In this document: in pieces, positions 9,754 to 21,386 of the stretch
Position numbering within the stretch: position 1 is the first letter of the stretch
Layout: every line of letters begins with the position of its first letter
Source of the DNA: Octopus bimaculoides
Taxonomy: Eukaryota
DNA: 32,550 nucleotides
Assembly: GCF_001194135.2 (NCBI RefSeq)
Contig: NC_069008.1
Span: 3,259,361-3,291,910, forward strand
Direction: 5' to 3'
Translations under genes and position numbers: made by a program
The notes under the pieces: generated by a model
The model's database searches: none
Seen by the model: only the letters and a program-made list of their open reading frames with translations
Told to the model about the DNA's origin: nothing

Positions 9754-10140
9754 GTGGAAGCGCAATGGCCCAGTGATTAGGGCAGCGGACTCGCGGTCAA
9801 AGGATCGCGGTTTCGATTCCCAGACCAGGCATTGTGAGTGTTTATTGAGCGAATACACCTAAAAGCTCCACGAGGCTCCGGCAGAGGGTTGGTGGCGAAC
9901 CCTGCTGTACTCTTCCACCACAACTTTCTCTCACTCTTACTTCCTGTTTCTGTTGTGCCTGTATTTCAAAGGGTCAGCCTTGTCACATTCTGTGTCACGC
10001 TGAATATCCCCGAGAACTACATTAAGGGTACACGTGTCTGTGGAGTGCTCAGCCACTTGCACGTTAATTTCACGAGCAGGGTGTTCTGTCGATCGGTTCG
10101 ACTGGAACCCTCGACGTCGTAAGCGACGGAGTGCCAACAA
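9754..10140 (+). mobile_element. tRNA-headed SINE family A, full length, intron 4, inserted in a (CTA)n tract
   Basis: Visually more than 90% identical to 7886-8273; flanked by (CTA)n at 9700-9753 and 10150-10238, with a (CAA)n tail. Confidence 0.9.
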
Positions 10141-10148
10141 CAACAACA

Positions 10149-10238
<90 letters not shown>

Positions 10239-10239
10239 G

Positions 10240-10770
10240 GCTAACTACCGCTGTTACTAATACAGCCACTGCTTCTGCTACAAATGCTACTGCTAGTCCA
10301 GACTAACCTTTACTACTCCAGCTACACCATTAACCTACTACCACTAAAACCACCACTACAACATCCCTCACAGTTCCACCACCACGTCCACCGCCACGTC
10401 CACCGCCAACACCGTCAACAATAACGCCGCCCTTATCTCTACTTCAGCCAAAACTGCCGCAGTTACGAACATTAATACAACCATTAGTACTATCACCACC
10501 ACCACCTTCCCTTTTACCTTCACCGCTACCACCACCACCACCACCACCACCACCACCACCACTTCTACCACTACCACTACCACCACCNNNNNNNNNNNNN
10601 NNNNNNNNNNNNNNNNNNNNNNNNNNNNNNNNNNNNNNNNNNNNNNNNNNNNNNNNNNNNNNNNNNNNNNNNNNNNNNNNNNNNNNNNNNNNNNNNNNNN
10701 NNNNNNNNNNNNNNNNNNNNNNNNNNNNNNNNNNNNNNNNNNNCACCACCACCACCGCCGCCATAACCCC
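10240..10770. repeat. (ACC/CTA)-rich low-complexity trinucleotide tract
   Basis: Degenerate CCA/CTA/CCG repeats running into an N gap. Confidence 0.85.
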
Positions 10771-10813
10771 CACTACCGTATATTTTAACCATTTCTCTGA
10801 TTCTCATTTGCAG

Positions 10814-10871
10814 ACCCGATCGCCGATGTAACGAGTTCGCTGGACGCGATGTTTGTAGTGTTGTCCAGTAG
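10814..10871 (+). CDS. Putative terminal exon adding KPDRRCNEFAGRDVCSVVQ*
   Basis: Strong acceptor catttctctgattctcatttgcag ending 10813. Only the phase-2 frame required by the 9650/9651 donor gives an 18-codon extension, ending TAG at 10869-10871. No homology support is available. Confidence 0.55.
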
Positions 10872-11188
10872 ACACCAACCGGAAGTTATGTTGACCAACA
10901 GAAACCAAAGACTACCACTGACCAACAGCAGTCAATTAAGAGCAGTGCTGACCATCACCAAGGCGGATTGGTATAAATCAGTTGTGACCAATGGCATTTA
11001 ATTATGATCAATGTAGATCAAATTAGAAGGACGGTGACCGATTTTAACTAAATAAGGACCAATTGAGACAAGTGTTGACCATAGAATGAGACAATTGGGC
11101 GCAGGTGTTCAGACGCTGGTGACTTGACTTGGCTGGCTGGACACACGAACATGTACACTTCTTAATGCTTCTCTCTCTCTCTTTCTCA

Positions 11189-11256
<68 letters not shown>

Positions 11257-11327
11257 CTACCTATCTGTCTGTCTGTCTATGTNNNNNNNNNNGTATGTAT
11301 CTATCTATCTATCTATCCGACTGTCTG

Positions 11328-11388
<61 letters not shown>

Positions 11389-11879
11389 TCGTTTATTCCT
11401 GCTTATTGCGCCAAAATTTAAGTTTCCTGTCAGTTCTGTTTTGTCAAAGATGTACAGGAATCTAATGTCTGAAAAATGTTCCCGTTTCCCGTTCCTTCAA
11501 TATTTAACTAGCAGTCATATACATATTGTAAAGCAGAAAGTTAAATAAAGTTTAGTAATCAGGTAGCGTAGTAGTTAGCGATTGCGATTTTATTGTTAGA
11601 ATAACATAAAAATTTTGACAGTGCTAAAGGATCTTCGGGGCAGCAACAGCACCATTCATTGATTCAGCGACGCGAAATAGCGAGGGCTTACTTAGTTTTG
11701 ATTTAGTTTTGATTACATAGGGATTTATCACGGAATGGGACAATTGGGCGCAGCTGTTTGGACGCCGGCGATTTGGCGCGGCAGTGTGGACACTGAAGCT
11801 GTTTTGGTGACAGCCCTCTTTTTCGCAATGCAAGAAAACACACACACACATGCACGCTCCCTAATGATTCTCTCTCGCT

Positions 11880-12014
11880 CTCACTCCCTTTTCTCTCTTT
11901 CCCTTTTCCTCTCCTAATCTCTTTCCCTCTTTTCTTCTCCTCTCTCTCTCTCTCTCTTTCTCTCTCTACCTCTGTCTCTCTCTGTATCTCTCTCTCTGTA
12001 TCTCTCTGTCTCTC

Positions 12015-12105
<91 letters not shown>
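11880..12105. repeat. (CT)n microsatellite. Others include (TA)n/(CA)n 4885-5290, (TCTA)n 11240-11385, (GA)n 17985-18255, (TACA)n 18990-19080, (TA)n 23707-23975, (GATG)n 25204-25255, (TATG)n 28690-28790 and (TA)/(GA)n 30780-31060
   Basis: Directly visible simple tandem repeats. Confidence 0.95.
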
Positions 12106-12108
<3 letters not shown>

Positions 12109-12363
12109 GTAATAAAATTTACAGTTGATAAACGATGATCCGTGATAAACAACGATTGAACAATGAAGACTAACGATGACTTATAAGGACTGACGAAGAC
12201 TGATAGTAACAAATGCTGACAGTTGATGACCCTTTTTTTTTTCACTGAAAACAGACAATCATGAACAGCACCTCATTTTTTATCAAAAGTTATTTACCGT
12301 TTGTAGACATAAAAGACCAGGTGAAATTATAAACACGTCGAATATGAAATAAAATTACAATAC

Positions 12364-12406
<43 letters not shown>

Positions 12407-12480
12407 ACTCTCTCCATCTGCAAAATATTTGCTGTGTTCATCATCATCATCACTATCACTATCATTATTATTAATTCTTA

Positions 12481-12689
12481 TTTCTTTATTGCCCACAAGG
12501 GGCTAAACATAGAGGGACAAACAAGGACAGATAAAGGGATTAAGTCGATTACATCGACCCCAGTGCGTAACTGGTATTTAATTTATCGAGCCCGAAAGGA
12601 TGAAAGGCAAAGTAGACCTCGGCGGAATTTGAACTCAGAACGTAAAGACAGACGAAATACCGCTAAGCATTTCGCCCGGCGTGCTAACG
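12481..12689 (-). mobile_element. tRNA-headed SINE family B
   Basis: Reverse complement of 15668-15899, with core cctttcggg(g/c)tcgataaattaa(g/a)taccagttacgcactggggtcgat. Confidence 0.85.
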
Positions 12690-13452
12690 NNNNNNNNNNN
12701 NNNNNNNNNNNNNNNNNNNNNNNNNNNNNNNNNNNNNNNNNNNNNNNNNNNNNNNNNNNNNNNNNNNNNNNNNNNNNNNNNNNNNNNNNNNNNNNNNNNN
12801 NNNNNNNNNNNNNNNNNNNNNNNNNNNNNNNNNNNNNNNNNNNNNNNNNNNNNNNNNNNNNNNNNNNNNNNNNNNNNNNNNNNNNNNNNNNNNNNNNNNN
12901 NNNNNNNNNNNNNNNNNNNNNNNNNNNNNNNNNNNNNNNNNNNNNNNNNNNNNNNNNNNNNNNNNNNNNNNNNNNNNNNNNNNNNNNNNNNNNNNNNNNN
13001 NNNNNNNNNNNNNNNNNNNNNNNNNNNNNNNNNNNNNNNNNNNNNNNNNNNNNNNNNNNNNNNNNNNNNNNNNNNNNNNNNNNNNNNNNNNNNNNNNNNN
13101 NNNNNNNNNNNNNNNNNNNNNNNNNNNNNNNNNNNNNNNNNNNNNNNNNNNNNNNNNNNNNNNNNNNNNNNNNNNNNNNNNNNNNNNNNNNNNNNNNNNN
13201 NNNNNNNNNNNNNNNNNNNNNNNNNNNNNNNNNNNNNNNNNNNNNNNNNNNNNNNNNNNNNNNNNNNNNNNNNNNNNNNNNNNNNNNNNNNNNNNNNNNN
13301 NNNNNNNNNNNNNNNNNNNNNNNNNNNNNNNNNNNNNNNNNNNNNNNNNNNNNNNNNNNNNNNNNNNNNNNNNNNNNNNNNNNNNNNNNNNNNNNNNNNN
13401 NNNNNNNNNNNNNNNNNNNNNNNNNNNNNNNNNNNNNNNNNNNNNNNNNNNN

Positions 13453-13520
<68 letters not shown>

Positions 13521-13835
13521 GCACATACATACACGAATGCACACAAACACAGACATATATACACACAAACATAGACAAACATACATACACACATGCACAC
13601 AAACACTGACATGCACACACAAACACACACACACAAACTTAGATACACATACATACACACATGCACACAAACACAGATATATATACACATACAAACACAT
13701 ACACACACACACACAAACTTAGATACACATATATACACAAATGCACACAAACACAGACATATATACACATACAAACACATCCAAACACATACATGCACAC
13801 ACACACACATACACACATACGTACACACACACAAA
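13453..13835. repeat. (CA)n plus compound ~80-bp CA-rich minisatellite
   Basis: The anchor aaacttagatacaca recurs at about 13635 and 13716 with matching flanks. Confidence 0.8.
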
Positions 13836-14432
13836 CCGTGGCCCTCTGTGATCCCTAAGGCCCCCTTCGACCGTCATTCACTGCTTATATTTATTTAAAT
13901 AATTCTGTAAACCCCGTAACGTGCTGTTTGGCCAAATGTCCGAAATATCATGGATGCTTGTCACTTCCGCTCTTGCTGGAAGCAACGGAACAAATGCTAT
14001 TCTCGTCACCAAAATGTTACCTCTTCGCTGCGCCACCACCATCACGACGNNNNNNNNNNNNNNNNNNNNNNNNNNNNNNNNNNNNNNNNNNNNNNNNNNN
14101 NNNNNNNNNNNNNNNNNNNNNNNNNNNNNNNNNNNNNNNNNNNNNNNNNNNNNNNNNNNNNNNNNNNNNNNNNNNNNNNNNNNNNNNNNNNNNNNNNNNN
14201 NNNNNNNNNNNNNNNNNNNNNNNNNNNNNNNNNNNNNNNNNNNNNNNNNNNNNNNNNNNNNNNNNNNNNNNNNNNNNNNNNNNNNNNNNNNNNNNNNNNN
14301 NNNNNNNNNNNNNNNNNNNNNNNNNNNNNNNNNNNNNNNNNNNNNNNNNNNNNNNNNNNNNNNNNNNNNNNNNNNNNNNNNNNNNNNNNNNNNNNNNNNN
14401 NNNNNNNNNNNNNNNNNNNNNNNNNNNNNNNN

Positions 14433-14560
14433 TCAGTTTCCGTCTACCAAATCCACTCCGAAGGCTTTGGTCGGCCGGAGGCTATAGTAGAAGACATTTG
14501 CCCAAGGTACCACAAAATGGGACTGAATTCGGAACCATGTGGTTGGTAAGCAAGCTACTT
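14433..14560 (-). mobile_element. tRNA-headed SINE family C
   Basis: Reverse complement of 21228-21386 (tcagtttccgtctaccaaatccactc..ggctatagtagaagaca..cccaaggt). Confidence 0.85.
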
Positions 14561-15159
14561 ACTAAACTTCCCCACCAGTGCCTATAGAAGTTTGGCTCTC
14601 GGAGTGTTTAATAAAGAAAATTAAATAAAAAGAACAAACGAGCAATTTTTCCAAAACCTAAGTATTAATAAGATAGAATTAAATGAAATAAATGAATAAA
14701 TTATTAAAATGGAAATTTGGAAAAAAAACCCACAAAACAAGAAAGACATAACACTCGTATTAATTAAACAAAAACAATCCCAATTAAATCATAATCAATG
14801 TTAATCAAAATACACGAACTATAATTACACCAAGTAGCTGGTAAACGTGTTGAATTTAATTACGGGACTAGCGCAGTGAGTGTATACGATGTTGATGAAC
14901 TATACCAAAGTTCTCTTCGAATCTAATCCCAGAAATCGCAACGATAAGAGAAATTAAAAGGTTAAACAAGTATTAAACTAGCGATTAATATGTGAATTAG
15001 GAATAAAGGAATAATCGGACGTGAAGCATTTCATATTAAACCCCGGTCTTAACAGTTATTAAAATGGAATTATACAGAATATAACCATAATGGTATTACA
15101 CTAGTTTTTAATTAAACAATAAAGTGACGTAACGAAAATCACTAATTTTAATCACATTT

Positions 15160-15305
15160 TTTTATTCGTTTACTTGTTTCAGTCGTTTCACTGCGGCCGT
15201 GCTGGAGCACCGCTTTTAGTCGAACGAATCGACCCCAGGACTTATTCATTGCAAGCCTAGTACTTATTCTATCGTTCTCTTTTTGCTGAACCGCTAGATT
15301 ACAAA
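15160..15305 (-). mobile_element. SINE family D (related fragments at about 6003-6063 and 24612-24657)
   Basis: gtttcagtcgtttcactgcggccgtgctggagcaccgc..tcgaccccaggacttat..gtacttattctatcg. The 3' end matches gcggtgctccagcgtggtcacag..gactgaaagaag at 24612 on +, and cgaccccaggactt is duplicated in intron 2. Confidence 0.65.
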
Positions 15306-15331
15306 CACAGACACACAAATACATATATGCA

Positions 15332-15368
<37 letters not shown>

Positions 15369-15371
<3 letters not shown>

Positions 15372-15520
15372 GGGCTTCTTTCAGTTTCCGTCTACCAAAT
15401 CCACTCACAAGGCTTTGGTCAGCCTGAGGCTATAGTAGAAGACACTTGCCCACGGTGCCACGCAGTGGGACTGAACCCGGAACCATGTGGTTGGAAAGCA
15501 AGCGTCTTACCACACAGCCC
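15369..15520 (-). mobile_element. tRNA-headed SINE family C
   Basis: Same sequence as above, ending in an (AT)n tail at 15335-15368. Confidence 0.85.
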
Positions 15521-15667
15521 GTAAAACTTTCGACCGCTCTTCTCAACACTCCAAGCATCAAAACCAGCTATAAATGAAAGTATAAATGCCGAAACACACA
15601 AGAAATATGTCACCACACACACACACAGAAAATAATTTTTCTGCTGCCAATATAGAAAGGGCGAAAG

Positions 15668-15899
15668 TTGGTGAGCTGTCAGAAACGTTAGCATGCCGGG
15701 CGAAATGCCTAGTGGTATTTCGTCTGCCGCTACGTTCTGAGTTCAAATTCCGCTGACTTTGCCTTTCATCCTTTCGGGGTCGATAAATTAAGTACCAGTT
15801 ACGCACTGGGGTCGATATAATCGACTTAATCCGTTTGTCTGTCATTGTTTGTCCCCTCTGTGTGTAGCCCCTTGTGGGCAGTAAAGAAATAGGTATTTC
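15668..15899 (+). mobile_element. tRNA-headed SINE family B
   Basis: Head ggtgagctgtcagaaacgttagc, B-box-like GAGTTCAAATTC (about 15739), core tttcatcctttcggggtcgataaattaagtaccag. The core recalls the Meta/MESC-type SINE domain (from memory, unverified). Confidence 0.85.
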
Positions 15900-16425
15900 N
15901 NNNNNNNNNNNNNNNNNNNNNNNNNNNNNNNNNNNNNNNNNNNNNNNNNNNNNNNNNNNNNNNNNNNNNNNNNNNNNNNNNNNNNNNNNNNNNNNNNNNN
16001 NNNNNNNNNNNNNNNNNNNNNNNNNNNNNNNNNNNNNNNNNNNNNNNNNNNNNNNNNNNNNNNNNNNNNNNNNNNNNNNNNNNNNNNNNNNNNNNNNNNN
16101 NNNNNNNNNNNNNNNNNNNNNNNNNNNNNNNNNNNNNNNNNNNNNNNNNNNNNNNNNNNNNNNNNNNNNNNNNNNNNNNNNNNNNNNNNNNNNNNNNNNN
16201 NNNNNNNNNNNNNNNNNNNNNNNNNNNNNNNNNNNNNNNNNNNNNNNNNNNNNNNNNNNNNNNNNNNNNNNNNNNNNNNNNNNNNNNNNNNNNNNNNNNN
16301 NNNNNNNNNNNNNNNNNNNNNNNNNNNNNNNNNNNNNNNNNNNNNNNNNNNNNNNNNNNNNNNNNNNNNNNNNNNNNNNNNNNNNNNNNNNNNNNNNNNN
16401 NNNNNNNNNNNNNNNNNNNNNNNNN

Positions 16426-17044
16426 CACACACACACACACACGATCACACACACACACGATCACATACACACACACGATCACATACACACACACGATCAC
16501 ATACACACACACGATCACATACACACACACGATGGTGCACATATATTAACTGGAATACACAGATGGCAACATCACACACATCTCCACACACACACATACA
16601 TCCCATAAATCTCACACACAGGACACACAATCATATACACACACAATAGCACACACCACACACCATACACCACACACATCACACACAATCACACAATCAC
16701 ACACACGATCACACACAATCACATACATATTTTAATCTGAAACACAAAGACAGCAAACTTACACACACACGCACACATTCGTTTACACATATACATACAT
16801 AAACACATTTATGCATGAGGAGCACATAGACTTACATTAGCTTTGACAAATACACAGGCATACACATACACACACGTACATCAACACACACACACACACA
16901 CACATATGCATATATGCATATATATATATATATATATATACATATATACACACACATAAATATATTTACACATGGATGCACATATGTTCACTAGAACGCA
17001 CAGAGATTTGCATGAAAATTAGCAAATTTACACACTTATGCACA

Positions 17045-17092
<48 letters not shown>

Positions 17093-17592
17093 AACACACA
17101 CAGAATGACACATACACACACTCGTACACAAGATTGGTAAATTCACACACATGCACACANNNNNNNNNNCACACATATACACACACAAACACACACAGAA
17201 TGACACATACACACACTCGTACACAAGATTGGTAAATTCACACACATGCACACACACACATACGAGCACACACATGCACACACACGTACACAAGATTGGC
17301 AAATTCATACACTCACATATACACACAAGCACACTCATACACACACACACTGACACATACACACACACACGCACACACACACACACACGTACACAAGATT
17401 GATAAATTCACACAGATACACACACATACATATACGCTCAGACTCACATACAAACACACATACACAAGATAGGCAAATTCACATGTACACACACACACAA
17501 ACACACAAACACACACACGTAGAAAGACATACGCGCGCACACTTTCACACACACACACATGATTACACATACACAAGCCGCACACACGTATG

Positions 17593-17630
<38 letters not shown>

Positions 17631-17930
17631 CGCACATACACAAACTTTCACACAAACGCACTCTCGTTCACAGGTAAAAGCACACACACACACATGCACG
17701 TACACACGTACAAACACACGGGCACACACACACTCTTTCACAGGCATAAATACACACATGTACACACATACGCGTAAAACACGTGCAAATACACACGTGG
17801 GTACACTCACTTTCACACACGCACGCATTCATTGACAGTCACACACGCACATACCCACACATACGTGCGTATACACACACACTCACACATACACACATAC
17901 ACACGCACGCACACATACACACGTACACCA
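16426..17930. repeat. CA-rich compound mini/microsatellite field
   Basis: An ~18-bp cacacacgatcacata unit at 16430-16535; the anchor caagat(t/a)g(g/a)(t/c)aaattca recurs at 17129, 17224, 17291, 17394 and 17465. Confidence 0.85.
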
Positions 17931-18047
17931 ATACATTTGGACGCGGAGAGTAAATATACCAACGGTGCTGTTTGAGTGGAACAGAGAGGGAGAGAGAGAG
18001 GGGAAGAGAGAGAGAGGTAGGGAGAGAGAGAGAGAGAGAGAGAGAAG

Positions 18048-18082
<35 letters not shown>

Positions 18083-18083
18083 T

Positions 18084-18123
<40 letters not shown>

Positions 18124-18428
18124 GGGAGAGAGAGAGAAAGAGAGAGAAAGACAGAGAGAGACAGAGAAAGATAGAGAGAGAGAGAAAGATAGATAGATAG
18201 ATAGATAGAGAGAGAAAGACAGAGAGAGAGAGAGAAAGACAGGGAGAGAGAGAGGGAGTAACAATTCTACTCAAATGGTAATTTTCTGCTTGACCTGACG
18301 ATGTGATGGCCATTTCACAGGTCAATGCATTATGTCAACCGCCATCTTGACAAATGGCCACCGTGCTTGTCTTTACTGTTTCGCTGAAGCTGCCAGGTCA
18401 GGACGGCTTATAAACGCGAACACACACA

Positions 18429-18467
<39 letters not shown>

Positions 18468-19085
18468 GCATACACACGCAAGCACATTTACACACGATCG
18501 CACACTGATATCCACAAGAACGCACAGAGATTATCATCGACATTGGGCAAATTCGCACGCGCGCGCAGGCATACTCGTATGAGCACATATATTAAATATA
18601 TAAATGTATGCGAAAATATATTTGCATATGCTTATGTATGCGTATGTGCCTCCCACCATCGCCTTTCTCACTACTCCTCCCCTCTTCCCTTTCCTCCCTC
18701 TCTCTTCACACTCACACATGTATGTAAGCATATATACATGTATATATAGTTATACAGCAAACTTGAGCATGTACACATGCTCGCATATGTGTATATGTGT
18801 ATATTTATACATAAATGCACACACACACACACACACACATGCACTTATATATACATACACAACATATATCCGTGTGTATGTATGTGTCTTCCTCATACAT
18901 ACATACACACACACATGTATACATACACGCATACATGCATACATACGTACATACATGCATGGATGCATACATATGTCTGAATGCATGTAAACATATACAT
19001 ACATACATACATACATACATACATACATACATACATACATACATACATGCATACATACATACATACATACATACATACAAACATA

Positions 19086-19176
19086 TGAGTGGCTGCGTGG
19101 TAAGTAGCTTGCTTAACAACCACATGGTTCCGGGTTCAGTCCCACTGCGTGGCACCTTGGGCAAGTGTCTTCTATT
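19086..19176 (+). mobile_element. tRNA-headed SINE family C (truncated by gap)
   Basis: ggctgcgtggtaag..ccgggttcagtcccactgcgtggcaccttgggcaagtgtcttcta. Confidence 0.85.
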
Positions 19177-19749
19177 NNNNNNNNNNNNNNNNNNNNNNNN
19201 NNNNNNNNNNNNNNNNNNNNNNNNNNNNNNNNNNNNNNNNNNNNNNNNNNNNNNNNNNNNNNNNNNNNNNNNNNNNNNNNNNNNNNNNNNNNNNNNNNNN
19301 NNNNNNNNNNNNNNNNNNNNNNNNNNNNNNNNNNNNNNNNNNNNNNNNNNNNNNNNNNNNNNNNNNNNNNNNNNNNNNNNNNNNNNNNNNNNNNNNNNNN
19401 NNNNNNNNNNNNNNNNNNNNNNNNNNNNNNNNNNNNNNNNNNNNNNNNNNNNNNNNNNNNNNNNNNNNNNNNNNNNNNNNNNNNNNNNNNNNNNNNNNNN
19501 NNNNNNNNNNNNNNNNNNNNNNNNNNNNNNNNNNNNNNNNNNNNNNNNNNNNNNNNNNNNNNNNNNNNNNNNNNNNNNNNNNNNNNNNNNNNNNNNNNNN
19601 NNNNNNNNNNNNNNNNNNNNNNNNNNNNNNNNNNNNNNNNNNNNNNNNNNNNNNNNNNNNNNNNNNNNNNNNNNNNNNNNNNNNNNNNNNNNNNNNNNNN
19701 NNNNNNNNNNNNNNNNNNNNNNNNNNNNNNNNNNNNNNNNNNNNNNNNN

Positions 19750-19796
<47 letters not shown>

Positions 19797-19913
19797 ATAT
19801 GTATGTATATAGATATATAACTATATATGTATATAAGTATATATATATATATATATGCCTACACACATACATACATACATACATACATACATACATACGT
19901 ACGTACATCCATG

Positions 19914-19945
<32 letters not shown>

Positions 19946-20133
19946 CAGACATACATACATATGTACACACTCAAACGCACGAATCCACACACATTTATTA
20001 AATGGTATATTAAATATTTATCTCTCGCAGAATGCAGTTAGAAGATTAATTATCCTACTAATAACAGGACAGTAAACTATACATATATGTATATATACAT
20101 ACTTACACACACGCACGCACGCACACACGCACA

Positions 20134-20210
<77 letters not shown>

Positions 20211-20533
20211 GCATACACACACCCACGCATACATACGTATGTACATAATACATATTTAAAAAAAAAATAAACCAAACCAACAAATTGAATAGTATTTAAA
20301 TATCTTTTCAAATTCATTCAACAGTCGAATTTTAAAACATGTCACATGTCATCGTTTTACGCGCTAAGGCGGTCAAATTTATTGGCTTTACTTCCGCTGG
20401 CAATTCAAAGCGGTTTCCGGTTTAAGATAACGCCTTTAGTGATATTTATAGCTCAGCGTTACTCATTGCCTTACTGTTGTCGGTACAGTAGCAGTAGTAG
20501 TAGTAGTGGTAGTGGTGATGATGGTGGTGGTGC

Positions 20534-20591
<58 letters not shown>

Positions 20592-20661
20592 TGTTGTTGT
20601 TGTACTACATTTAATTATAGTGGAAGTTTCGATCAACAAGCACTGATAAAGATAATCACTT

Positions 20662-20709
<48 letters not shown>

Positions 20710-20917
20710 TAATAAATTATTAAGTCTGACCTTGTAAGATATAATCTTTATCTTACTAAAATTGACTTGAAACCATGGTACAGAATATAGATTGGTAAAA
20801 GTTTTTATTTTTCATTTCCTTTCGAAATTATCCCTAACTTTTGTGGTATGTAGTATTTTTGCTGCTATTTCTAGCGAGTAGATGTCCTATTATAGGCGTC
20901 TCTGCATTTCTAATGAA

Positions 20918-20968
<51 letters not shown>

Positions 20969-21227
20969 GTGACAAAGATGGCCCTTTGAATTACAGGTAC
21001 GACTCATTTTTACTCGCTGAGTGAAATGGATAAGAAGGAATTTGGTATTATGAAACCGTACGTGTTTGCTAATGTTCCGCTATTCTCTTCCTCGTAGAGA
21101 AAAGATTATTATCATATGCACGCCATTATATTCCTAGTTCTATTTTCATAAAGGGAAAAATGCACCACACCAAACTGCAGCAGACCGGTATATACTATGT
21201 CTACGAAGGTTAAGTACATGTGACTGC

Positions 21228-21386
21228 TGGAGTGACTGTGTGGTAAGAAAATTGTTTCTCAACTACAGAATTCCGGGTTCAGTCTCACTGCGTAGCACCT
21301 TGGGCAAGTATCTTCTACTATAGCCTCGGGCCGACCAAAGCCTTGTGAGTGGATTTAGCAGATGGAAACTGAAAGAAGCTCGTCGT
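21228..21386 (+). mobile_element. tRNA-headed SINE family C
   Basis: gtgactgtgtggtaag..gggttcagtctcactgcgtagcaccttgggcaagt..gatggaaactgaaagaagctcgtcg followed by (TA)n. Confidence 0.85.

Larger units (their letters stand above)
3044..10871 (+). other. Hemocyanin-derived three-functional-unit gene (5'-incomplete gene model, 5 visible coding exons)
   Basis: Exons 3044-4162 (1119 nt), 5327-5813 (487), 6150-6952 (803), 8387-9650 (1264) and 10814-10871 (58) total 3731 nt. With one upstream phase-1 base this is 1244 codons including the stop. All introns are GT..AG, with phases 1,2,1,2 that join in frame (junction codons G|AG, TG|G, G|AT, AA|A). Phase-1 introns between FUs are the known hallmark of molluscan hemocyanin genes. 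Confidence 0.9.

Noticed and set aside
7554-10743. Additional FU exons hidden in intronic gaps (7554-7864, 10588-10743)
   Set aside because: At 311 and 156 N they are far smaller than a ~1.2-kb FU exon, and the flanking exons already join in frame. This holds only if the gap sizes are accurate.
11544-11549. AATAAA as the definitive poly(A) signal
   Set aside because: Plausible, but the hexamer is common in this AT-rich DNA (another at about 12111) and cannot be supported without 3' end data.
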